Positions 37,879-64,000 of a stretch of 64,000 nucleotides of DNA are shown here, one piece after another. The notes beneath the pieces are model-generated. The model saw nothing but the letters and a program-made list of their open reading frames with translations. It made no database searches and had not been told where the DNA came from. Within the stretch, counting starts at the first letter, position 1; the number at the start of each line of letters is the position of its first letter. Source of the stretch: Flaccisagitta enflata (Eukaryota); the NCBI GenBank assembly GCA_965153355.1, contig OZ231126.1:5394001-5458000 (forward strand), read 5' to 3'. A program made the position numbers and the translations under genes.

Positions 37879-39115
37879 AAGCATATTTCACCCGGGCCAC
37901 CTCAACCACCTCAAACCACCCAAATCAGCTACACAGTGGTAGTTATCAAGCAACGATCAAGCATATTTCACCCGGGCCACCTCAACCACCTCAAACCACC
38001 CAAATCAGCTACACAGTGGTAGTTATCAAGCAACGATCAAGCATATTTCACCCGGGCCACCTCAACCACCTCAAACCACCCAAATCAGCTACACAGTGGT
38101 AGTTATCAAGCAACGATCAAGCATATTTCACCCGGGCCACCTCAACCACCTCAAACCACCCAAATCAGCTACACAGTGGTAGTTATCAAGCAACGATCAA
38201 GCATATTTCACCGGGCCACCTCGACCACCTCAAACCACCCAAATCAGCTACACAGTGGTAGTTATCAAGCAACGATCAGCATATTTCACCCGGGCCACCT
38301 GACCACCTCAAACCACCCAAATCAGCTACAGTGGTAGTTATCAAGCAACGATCAAGCATATTTCACCCGCCACCTCACCACCTCAAACCACCCAAATCAG
38401 CTACACAGTGGTAGTTATCAAGCAACGATCAAGCATATTTTACCCGGCCACCTCAACCACCTCAAACCACCCAAATCAGCTACACAGTGGTAGTTATCGA
38501 GCAACGATCAGCATATTTCTTGACCTCGACCACCTCAAACCACCCAATCAGCTACACAGTGGTAGTTATCAAGCAACGTCAAACATATTTCAGGCCACCT
38601 CGACCACCTCAAACCACCCAAATCAGCTACACAGTGGTAGTTATCAAGCAACGATCAAGCATATTTCACCCGGGCCACCTCAACCACCTCAAACCACCCA
38701 AATCAGCTACACAGTGGTAGTTATCAAGCAACGATCAAGCATATTTCACCCGGGCCACCTCAACCACCTCAAACCACCCAAATCAGCTACACAGTGGTAG
38801 TTATCAAGCAACGATCAAGCATATTTCACCCGGGCCACCTCAACCACCTCAAACCACCCAAATCAGCTACACAGTGGTAGTTATCAAGCAACGATCAAGC
38901 ATATTTCACCCGGGCCACCTCAACCACCTCAAACCACCCAAATCAGCTACACAGTGGTAGTTATCAAGCAACGATCAAGCATATTTCACCCGGGCCACCT
39001 CGACCACCTCAAACCACCCAAATCAGCTACACAGTGGTAGTTATCAAGCAACGATCAAGCATATTTCACCCGGGCCACCTCGACCACCTCAAACCACCCA
39101 AATCAGCTACACAGT
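37879..39115. repeat. 80-bp satellite, about 15 copies, abutting an N gap
   Basis: Unit AAGCATATTTCACCCGGGCCACCTCAACCACCTCAAACCACCCAAATCAGCTACACAGTGGTAGTTATCAAGCAACGATC; starts at 37879, 37959, 38039, 38119 and onward. Confidence 0.95.
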
Positions 39116-40238
39116 TAAACATACACCGACCCAACAAATGAGAAATCTCGAAATCATTAATGCTTGATCAACTACCACGGTGCCCTCCCCCCAGTCCACA
39201 TCATCATAACTATTTTTTAGATTTTTTTTTCTCGCTTGCACAGTAGTCTTGTTCTTCCCTTAGTCCCCCCCCTTCGAGAAATCACTTCATCTGCCATACT
39301 GGCAGATCCTGGGGCTGTTCGTAATTGCGCCGTATTTTGTTTATCCTCTTATCCATCTACAGGAAATCTCGCTAAATTCGTTATTTTTGGGGTCGCTCCA
39401 AAGACTCGTCTTCCTCATCATCCTCCTCCTCTCTCCTCGATTCCTCGTCCTCCTCATCCTCCCTCCTCGTCATCCTCGACTTCTCTCTTCCCAATGGACT
39501 TCTTCTTCCCAAAAGAAAACATTATCAGAATTCTTCGCCATCATTCAAGATCTAATGACTCATTTTAAGATCATTTAGAGATCATTTAAAGATCATTTAA
39601 AGATTAAAAGACTCATCGCTTCGCCTTTTCATTGCCTCATTGTATTTCTTCTTGTTATAAGATTTCTCCTTTCTTCCCAGTGCAAGCGAGCAAGCTTCCT
39701 TTTTTGTATCGTTTCTATAAGACTTTAATATGGTTATTTCGCGCGTTTGCTGTCATCCCCCCCTTCTGGAAATCATTCATCCTCGACTCCTCAGGTAGTG
39801 AGCCTGCTCAATGATGTGGACTGGCCCACTCTTTTCCTATCGGCTCAAGCTAATCCTCCCCCCCTTTCTCTTCTCTTTTATCATTGTAGAACTTACAGAT
39901 CCCTTCATTCTCCAATTCGCGTATTCGTTCTAGCGGGATTCTTAAGACGGAGTTACTCAGCGATCATCAGGGCATCTAGCTAGCTAGTGAACTGTTCATA
40001 CGTCACGGACTCGTACAGTATGTATGTATGTAAGAATATATGTAAGTATGTATGTATGTATGTAAGTATGTAAGTATGTAAGTATGTAAGTATGTAAGTA
40101 TGTAAGTATGTAAGTATGTAAGTAAGTATGTAAGTATGTATGTAAGTATGTAAATATGTAAGTATGTAAGAAGGTAAGTATGTAAGTATGTAAGTATGTA
40201 AGTATGTAAGTATGTATGTATGTATGAATGTATGTAAG

Positions 40239-40269
<31 letters not shown>

Positions 40270-40346
40270 GTATGTATGTATGTATGTATGTATGTATGTA
40301 TGTATGTATGTATGTATGTATGTATGTATGTATGTATGTATGTATG

Positions 40347-40377
<31 letters not shown>

Positions 40378-40738
40378 GTATGTATGTTAGTATGTAAGTA
40401 TGTAAGTATGTAAGTAAGTAAGTATGTAAGTACGTAAGTAAGTATGTATGTAATGTAAGTATGTATGTAAGTATGTAAGTAAATATGTAAGTATGTAAGT
40501 ATGTAAGTATGTAAGTATGTAAGTATGTAAGTATGTAAGTATGTAGTATGTTAATTATGTAGTATGTTAAGTATGTAGTATGAAGTTATGTAGTTGTGTG
40601 TAGTATGAAGTTTTGTAGTTTTGTGTAACTTAGCACGCGACTGTTGGCCTGTTGGGCTTGTTTCTTTAATTTTTTCTTTTGTTAAATCTTTTTTTCCTGC
40701 TTTTTAACTTTTTCCGTTTGTCTGTCCCTCTGTCTGTT

Positions 40739-40932
<194 letters not shown>

Positions 40933-41620
40933 TCTCTTTCTCTTTCTCTTTCTCTTTCTCTCTCTCTCTCTCTCTCCTTATTTCTTTTTTTCTTTCTTTT
41001 GTTTCTTTTTTCTTTTTTTTTTTCTTCCTCTCTCTTTCCTCTCTTTCTTCCTTCCTTCATTGGTGTCCCGACAACTTTGGTGTCCCGACAACTTTGGTGT
41101 CCCGACAACTTTGGTGTCCCGACAGCAGGGACTTCCATGGAAGTCCCGGAAGTCCCTTCTCCTACGCCGCTGGGAGCAGTGATGCCAAAGACCGCGAAAA
41201 CCCCAAAAAAGTAAAGAGTGACAGACGGACAGACGGATGGACCGACGGACGGACCGACCGACGGATGGACCGACGAACGGACCGACAAAGGGGTGTAGAG
41301 TCGCGTAGCACGCGACTAAGAAAAGAAATGTTGAACATGTCAGTCCTTGACATTGCAAGTTGCCGAAATAGGGAGTGGTGACCGAAAGATGCACCCTTGC
41401 AATATGATGGTGCTTCAGGCTTAGCATGTTCAGGATTTCTTTGTATCCTGCCTACCCAATGTGGTTGAGTTATTTCTCCATCTACCTCGACAAGATAACG
41501 GCGTGATGAAGGGGCTCATTTCAAAAACTACTTCCTATATTCTATCCACTAGAATCACTATAGCAAACGTTTTAAGATCTTGTCTGCATGATGCAGTGAG
41601 AGAAACTTATATGCTCATGT

Positions 41621-41979
41621 CAGGGGTGTATATAATTGAGCTGCTTTTGATTTTATTCCCCCCCCCCTGCCTTTGATTTTCTTCCCCGCAACTTGTCCCG
41701 TCACATTATAAAATCTATGGTTTGCTTCCCTATAAAGCAATAAAACAGAATGATTTAGGTTTAAATAGTGTTGAATTGTGTTAAATTGTTTTGAATTGTG
41801 TTAAATAGTATTAAATAATTCATAATTCTTAGTTTGAGGCACTACCAAAAGTGCTAAATCTTCAGGAAATTATTTTTTTCTTTTTTTTAAGCTTTTGAAT
41901 TTTTTCCTCATCTCCAAACTTTTTGATTTTATTCCCCTCCCCCCACCAGGGGGGGAATGCTTAACTTTATACACGCCTG
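41621..41979. mobile_element. Old hAT-like MITE
   Basis: CAGGGGTGTATA ... TATACACGCCTG; flanks GCTCATGT/GCATATGT (6 of 8 match). A related copy lies at about 24833-25396. Confidence 0.6.
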
Positions 41980-43264
41980 GCATATGTTCTCTAAAGTAGC
42001 CATTATCAATTCTTTCGATCAATAAGACAACTTATTTGCAACAAATAGTAAGTCCTTTGAGTGCTCACATTCAAACTTAATTCTTTAAAGTGTGTACCGA
42101 TAAAAGAAAGGGTTTTTTAGTCGCGTGCTACGCGACTTTACACCCCGCTTTGTCGGTCCGTCCGTCGGTCCGTCCCTCGGTCCTTCCATTGGTCCATCCA
42201 TCACACTTAACTTTTTTTGTGTTTTTGCGGTCTATGGCCTCACTGCTCCTGCCCAATTGATCAAGTAATCTCAAATACAGCCCCTTCCCACCCGCACGCG
42301 ACTGGGGTAGCCGTGTATCCGGCCTTGTTTTTTTTTTTCAAAACCAAACTTGATTCTCCAAAATGTGTACCAAAGATTAGGGTCATTTGTTTCAAAACCA
42401 AACTTTTGGCAAAAAAAAAAGTCTTGAAGCCTTTTCAGGTGCGACAACTGGCTGTGTCCGTCGGTTGGTCGGTCAGTAACGCATTCGTTTGACGATCCAC
42501 ACGTCGTACCTTAATTGGCCTTTTTCTCTCAATAATGCGAGGACACTTTTTTAAACTGAAGGTTTTTGACCCGTCCCAATGTATTTTCTTTTATGTATAT
42601 TCTTTAGTATGCTTAAACACACTCTTCAAGCAATTTAGTGACAGATGCATCCAATATTCCTTTTTCCCAAAGGACATCAATTCAGCGGAACAAACAAATA
42701 AGATTATGTAAGAAAAGAGACTTTCCTTTCGAAAGCTTCCTTTGACTGCGACGTCGTGATCAGCAAACATTGACGCAATTTACGAGACAAAGACAAGCCA
42801 TGATCTCGTTTTTAGATGGATACTAGTACTGCACAGTACACACTGCACACTGCACACTGCATAGATACAGTGGAGGACCGCTCTTTAACGGACTCGTCAA
42901 TAACGGAATAGGCATCGTCCAATTTATTTCAAATTCTTTATAGATGATGATGTCACGACTAAGACAGCTACAATTATACAAGCAGCGTAGTGACCAACCG
43001 ACGAACAGATCGATGTGCCTACCAACTGACCCCCCGAAACTCGACAATCGTTGCAGCAAACATAACAACAACATTAACAAATATCCGTTAGGATAACAAA
43101 AATCAGGAATAACGCCGTCCAACAACAGCAAAATGTGGATAACTCGCATTTTCTGTTGGTCATTTTGTCCAATTTTGTCATTTCGTTTGTTTACTTTGCA
43201 CTTGAAAACGCCTCAGCTCTATAAATGACAAATAAAAGAGATCGTCACGACAAAAGTTGGTACA

Positions 43265-43407
<143 letters not shown>

Positions 43408-43741
43408 AACGAAGATCTCTAAGTCTCAGTTTCTGCTCTCATCACTGATGAGTGCAGTCGCAGTAAATTGTTGCTGACGATCCTGCTGACCCTTTGCCCT
43501 TTGCCTTACACCTAATCATTACAAAACTCACAAGTTGTAACATCACGATCAGTGCCATCGCGGCGCATGGAAAGTTCGGTCGAGGGAGTGAACCTGGGAA
43601 TATGGTTTATTTTTTGCAATGGTCAAGAGGAAAACATCTTCGATTGCCAATTGATATGGGTCGATGAGAATAAGCCGCTGCAGTATGACGTGAATCCACT
43701 TGCTATGGTCGACTGTCACACCGATTACTAGAATTTCTTTT

Positions 43742-43867
<126 letters not shown>

Positions 43868-44386
43868 TTTTCTTGGTCCCGTAAAGAAAGTTGTATAACA
43901 TTTCTCTCAATAAGAAATGTGAAACACGACTTTTGTATCTATCATGTCTATAAACAAGAAACAATAAGTTATCAGATGATGTTTTTTTTTCTATTTTTTT
44001 TCATAAATCAAATTTACAAGTGCTAATTCACGCGTAAATGATACAAGAAAAAACAAGTTAATGAAAGTCGAATGGATGAATTAAAAAACAATTGATAACG
44101 ATGTTAATTTTTTGCCAAGTTTCATTTTGTACGTCATTAGCGAGAGGAAAAGGGTTAAGGATGGAGGGGACAATTTTGTGAACAAATGGAGTAAGTAAAA
44201 TCCGGTTGATAAGACGGCATGATTCTTTGATGTCCCATTTCACTTCGATGACCCACCCACTTACTCACTCACTCACTCACTCACTCACTCACTCACCCAC
44301 CCACCCACTCACTCACTCACTCACTCACTCACTCACTCACTCACTCGCCTCTTCCGATTTCAAACATGAAATTCAGAGTTGATCAG

Positions 44387-44769
44387 CAGGCCTGATTTTA
44401 AGTGATTTTTTTGACTGAGCCAGTCGGGCTCGCTCCCCACAATTTGACAGAGCCCGACAGGAAAACTATGAGCCCGGTAAAAACGTTGTGCCAAATATTA
44501 CTATCATATCAGCCTAGATTTGTAACAACAGCCACTGGTTTTATGATGTAATGATAAATTAGTCACCACTACGATATTTCAATTTGTGAGAAAATCGAAA
44601 AACGACTCAAGACCTGATGATTATCCAAATTTTTTGCTCAATCAGCTTGGGTGCTTTGAATCCATCTCAATGAGAGAGAGCCCGCCGGGCTCAGAGCTTG
44701 CAAAACATGAGAGCCGGAGAGCAAAATAGAGAGCATCGGGCTCGCGGGCTCGCTCTAAAATCAGGCCTG
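44387..44769. mobile_element. hAT-like MITE
   Basis: Perfect 8-bp TSD TTGATCAG; TIR CAGGCCTGATTTTA; internal GAGCCC/GGGCTC motifs. Confidence 0.88.
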
Positions 44770-45522
44770 TTGATCAGTATGCGTCACCAAATGAAATTTT
44801 GTAACTCGGGACAGCCTATTAAACAAATACTTGACAAAAAAGTTTTACGATCGAGAAGACAGAGTCGAAAACATTTTGAGATCATAGGAATGTCAATGAT
44901 GAAAAGCGAATGCATGATTTGTGGCAAGTACATTTTTCTTCTTCGCGAGCCATTAAAACAACAAGTAGTAGTCTGACAATATCAAGTCATAGCTAGATTC
45001 AGGAAAAAGTCCCCCCTTTTAAGTGAGCACACATGGAGTACGCCAAATTTGTCCTCTTTACTGTCTTATGAGTTATGTCCACTGGTAATTTGTTTTATCT
45101 CTTGCCCAATTTTCTGTTTTGTTTTTTTTTTTTTTTTGTTTTTGTTTTTTTTTTCGCTTTATTTTTTACTCATTGCCCAATTTACTGCTTTTTGTTTTCC
45201 CTTAATTTGTCTTATTTTGTCATTTCATAATTTTGTGCCCAATTTACTGCCATTTGGCTTCCTCTTGCCTTGTCTTTTGTTTTGTCAATATATGCTATGT
45301 TTTTTTTTCTTGCTCAATTTACTGCCTTTTTGCATTCTCGTGCCTTGTCTTTTTTTTTTCCTTTTTTTGTTTCTTGCTCAATTTACTGCCTTTTGTTTTC
45401 CTTGAACTTGTTTTGTTTGATTTTTTGCCCAATATACTGCCTTTGGTTTCCTGTGTTTTTTTTTCTTTTTTTCTTTTTTTTTTTCTTTTGCCCAATATGT
45501 TGTGTTGTGTATTCGTTTTGTT

Positions 45523-59744
<14,222 letters not shown>

Positions 59745-60057
59745 CTTTTATTTGGAATGAAGGAGGGATCTTTTGAGGTGTTGTTCTTGGTTGAGATGTT
59801 TTGGGGTTTGGTAGGGTAGTTAGGTGATATTTGGGGGTTTGGTTGACGTTGGGTAGTTGAGAGATGTTTTGGGGTTCAGTTGGGTGATGGGTGCGGGGTG
59901 GTTGAGTGATATTTTGGGATTTAGATTGGTGAGGGGGTAGGGTATTGTCTTTGGAGTGAGATTTGGGAGTTTGGGTAGGATGTTGTGGTGGTTTGTTAAG
60001 GTGTTTGGGCGGATAGCATCCTTCACTAATCCTGATATACCATCATACACCCAGCAT

Positions 60058-60671
60058 TACGCTGAGGAGAATACCCTTTTTTTCATGCAGGGTCCCACAG
60101 GAGGGCCCAGATTTTTTTCTTTTGATGCAACTAATGTATTCAAAAAATTTCAGGACCATAGATGTTCTTGAACATTCATCATACTGCACTTTAAAATGGC
60201 TCATCCTTAAGAGGGCCAAAATTTCAAAATCATTTTTCCTTGAAACTGATGCCAGATTCAGATTCCTTATAAAAAATTATGTCCGATACTATATTTTCTT
60301 TTTTTTTAAATTTTGTTTTTAAGCAGAAAAAAATGCAAAAAAACTTTAAAAAGACCTTGTATTTTGAAAATCTTTATTTTTGGAGGTTTTTTGCATTTTT
60401 TTCAGCTTAAAAACAAAATTTTGAAAAAAGAAAATATAGTATCTGACATAATTTCTTACAAGAAATCTGAATCTGGCATCAGATTTGAGGAAAAATAATT
60501 TTGAAATTTTGGCCCCCTTAAAGATGAACCATTTTTCAGGTGCAATATGATGAAGGTTTAAGAATGGCTATGGTCCTGAAATTTTTAGAATACATTAGTT
60601 ACATCAAAATGAAAAAATCTGGGCCCTCCTCTAGGTCCCCGCATGAAAAAAAGTGTATTCTCCTCAGCGTA
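60058..60671. mobile_element. Almost fully palindromic MITE with 8-bp TSD
   Basis: CCCAGCAT|TACGCTGAGGAGAATAC ... GTATTCTCCTCAGCGTA|CCCAGCAT; about 290-bp imperfect arms. Confidence 0.9.
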
Positions 60672-61492
60672 CCCAGCATGTTCAAGTTTGACCAATGTAA
60701 AATTTTTATCTAACAGCTGGGTCGTCCTAGATGTCCATGGTTCTAATGACTTACCATTTTTCTTTATTTTGCAATAGTGTGTTTTCACACTAAATATGCT
60801 TCAAACTATGTAAACGATGTATTAATAGAAACCCCTGCGCTCAGGCTTCATTTTAATACCTGGTTTGTTGCACTTAACTTCCGTTAACATCTTCTGTGAC
60901 GCCTGACCAAAATCGATGGTGCAAACGCTCAAACATGCCCCCCTTCGATTTTGATAAAATTCATATCAGAAGCAGCCCTTGTCAAAGGTTGATGGTAGAT
61001 GAAACTATTTCAACTCGGACTCATCATTAAATCAGTCAAATCGTGCTGCAAAGTTTTGCGGTTATTAGGTCTAATGACCTCTTCAAGTCATTAGCTTTAG
61101 TACCCAATTGATGACTTTTAGTAATCAAAAGGTCGTAATTCTAATGACTTTTTTCGTTGATTTGTCACTGAGCCCTGTAGCAATGCCACGGAAGAACAGT
61201 GCGTCTTCAAGTTCCCGTTGTTTGGTACACATGACCAAAGAACAAAAATGTTTTGGATAGACTCAAGCGTCAATTGATAGTCTTTCTTCAATGGACATTT
61301 AGCAGTTGCTTCAACTTTTTTTGTTCGGTGAAGAAATTCAAGTTTTTGTTGCTTTTTGTTTGGCTCTTCTCAACTGTCTATGGATTCTCTGATCTTCACG
61401 GTTGCTTGTATTGGAAAAAGGAAAAAGGTGACTTTATCTTGATGGGGACGTCAGAAAACAGACCATTTGAATAGGTTTTAATTCATCAGAGT

Positions 61493-61545
<53 letters not shown>

Positions 61546-61561
61546 ATCTCTTAAAGCTTTC

Positions 61562-63647
61562 ATGGCAATAATGAAAAAAATGTCTTGTTTAGGCACTACG
61601 ACGATATTGATTGAAAATGAAGTATACGTCAGTTTAAATGGAAATGGCTTGTATTACCTAGAGCGCACCTTGGTTGCCTCCAGTCAGAAAAAGATGACTT
61701 GGATTAGTTCCCTAGGAGTAAAAAGTTCTGCAAAGCGTGGGAATTGTGTGGATATCAATTTGGAAGAAAATCAAATTTACATCTTGTCAAGCTCACTTGT
61801 TACTTGTGCTGTTACTCTGCAGTTTATTTTTTTTTTTTTGATATTGACGTTGGGGGGAGATATTGAACAGAATCTGGGTCCCACGGGTATATCTCATTCA
61901 TTTGGAGAAATCATAAATCATGGTGAATTTAGCTGATCACCTGTTAGAAAATCTTTCATCTCTGTATGTACGTGTGTGTAATGAAAATAAATAAATTAAA
62001 AAAAGATAAATAAATACATAATTACACCTGCAGCAACTGAAGCGGAACAGACAGACAAACAGACTGATGTAAAAATGCACCTCTAAAAAAATCACCCAAT
62101 AGACAAGGCCTCTCATAGAATCGCGAATGCGTAACCAAAAATGTAGCTTAAGGTTTTTGATTTTTAACAAGGCCAGATACACAGCCAGTAAGTAATCGTT
62201 TGCGGGTGGGCAGGGGCAGTAATGCTTATAGGCAGGGGCAATATGTGGGTGGGGGTAAGCCGTAATGCTCAAAGATCACCGATTCCGTTTTGTTCAGATT
62301 TTTGCGTTACGGATCTTCCCAGGGACAAACCCTCTCAAAGAGTCGCTTAGCAAGCGGCTAAAGAAAATTGAAGTATGGGACCCTGAAGACGGCCAATAAA
62401 AGCAGATTGTTTTTTTTTTGGCTGCTGCGAAATCGGAACTCTATATCAGCAGCTTTGTCCCTGTATCAGTTTGACTGCCTGTTGGTCAGTTAGTTGATCC
62501 ACCCATCTCCCTGCGTAATACTCAAGTTGACAGTTTGTAGACACAAATTTGTAGTATCCCCAACCCATCGTACCGAACAGCTAAATTGTTAGATTTTATT
62601 TTAGTCTGATGTTTATCAAATCTTACACCGGTGATTTCTCAATCTGATTGACAATTTTGATAGAAGCAATTTCTGGAGTGTGTCGATTCTGTAACGCGGA
62701 AATTGCGAAAGAGGTGAATTGGCATAAAGTGGAATTCTTGCTGTCAAAGTACAAATCTAGTGTGGAATTGGATCATCATCTAAAACCAAAATTTGTATGC
62801 AGACCATGTGCTGATCAAGTGCAAGAAAATCATAAGAGACAGTTAAATCATGATCACTTTAAAAGGCAAAAGTATGAGAAAAAGTTTTTGCCCAAATTTG
62901 TTCCCTCGGCAACTGATTGCAAATTCGGAAAGTGCGATCACATAGATCTGGATCCAAATGTTTTGAAAGCCATGTGAGGGGAAAATGAACGAACAAAGAC
63001 AGTGCGAGTTTCTGGCATTCTTAGTCCAAGATATAAAATCATCTATAGTAAAGGACATAACTGAGAATTTTGAAGGCATGAAAGATGGCAGAGCATTTTC
63101 AGGGAAGTTTCTTGATGAAATGGATCTTATGCAGTACTTGAAAGGCAGAGACAAAAGAGTCCTTACTTTTATATTGGCAATGATGAATCGAAACTGTAAT
63201 AACTTGGGCGATGATTTACCCAAAGCGGTTATACTTTTAGAGAGCATATATCACGCGAGTTGCGGAAACATTATGCCCTACAGTTTCACTTTAAATCTCA
63301 TTTTGTACAAAAAAGTCAGTTCTAAGTTCCTGTCAAATCTTTGGGGGAACTTGCATGGAGGAGGCAATTACACTGTACTGCTTGAATGGTTAAAGAATTA
63401 TTCAGATGAGAACCCCGCAAGTCTAACATGCTTTGATGATGTGGTTATTGCAACCGATAACGAACAAAAACTCGGAAAAACTTATGTCACATCAATCCAT
63501 AGTACTATTACCACATCTGTTATTTTGGTAATTGTTGCTTTCTTTCTCAATCTTCAAAAATATTACCAATACGTCAAAACTGGTTGCACATCCTTTTGGC
63601 GATATGGAGAAAAGGGGATACAAACGATGAAAAGAAAAACATTATGA
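61562..63647 (+). pseudogene. Decayed transposase-like gene (2A-like motif, Cys4 finger, Academ/DUF6589-like core) antisense in ADGB intron
   Basis: ORF 61562-61936 contains LILTLGGDIEQNLGP. ORF 62648-62977 has CRFC..HLKPKFVCRPC. A frameshift near 62970 leads into ORF 62985-63647 with LILYKKVSSKFLSNLW..GGNY..DDVVIATDNEQ. Confidence 0.55.
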
Positions 63648-64000
63648 CAAAAGCTCTGGAGGGAAGAGTAAAAGGTTAATTTAATGTTATTCTGTTATGA
63701 ATAAAGAAATACTCAAGTAACAATTAAAATGAACAAATTTTGGTCAAATTCTAAGCTAAGCTGGAACTGTCGTTGTGCACTTGTTTTTTATACCAAATAC
63801 ATAATCACAGGGGGCCTTTTGTTTGTTTGTTCATGCATCCCCCCTCCAGGCTCAAATGCCAGCCTCAAGGCTCAAATCTTAGCCTCAAGGCCCAAATCTC
63901 AGCCTCAAAGCCCAAACCCTAGCCTTGAGGCACAAACTCAGCCTGTCGGTTCAAATCCCAGCCTTGTGGCACAAATCCCAATGTCAAGGCTCAAATTTCA

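Noticed and set aside
37879-39115. Possible CRISPR array
   Set aside because: Head-to-tail identical 80-bp units with no unique spacers, no cas genes, and a eukaryotic context.

Overview
Repeat-rich animal (probably invertebrate) genomic DNA with spliced genes; nothing prokaryotic, and no rRNA, tRNA or CRISPR. Two minus-strand genes can be assembled exon by exon with GT-AG boundaries and consistent phases. (1) A TRIM2/TRIM3-like TRIM-NHL E3 ligase (RING, B-box1, B-box2, coiled coil, filamin, NHL), from ATG 24681 running off the left edge. (2) The last seven coding exons of androglobin (ADGB), entering from the right edge and ending at TGA 45523. Between them are a probable small plus-strand gene (three phase-compatible exons), a CCAAT-box cluster, an 80-bp satellite next to an assembly gap and many microsatellites. 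The introns are filled with non-autonomous DNA transposons: TA-, 5-bp- and 8-bp-TSD TIR elements (several nested) and many Helentron/DINE-1-like (HINE) elements. The most unusual pattern is that at five separate exons, in both genes, the exon 3' end plus its GT donor has been tandemly amplified into the downstream intron as a minisatellite. A second notable item is a decayed, apparently spliced transposase-like gene antisense inside an ADGB intron, carrying a 2A-like (DIEQNLGP) motif and a Cys4 finger. Family assignments come from motif recognition only; no database search was run.
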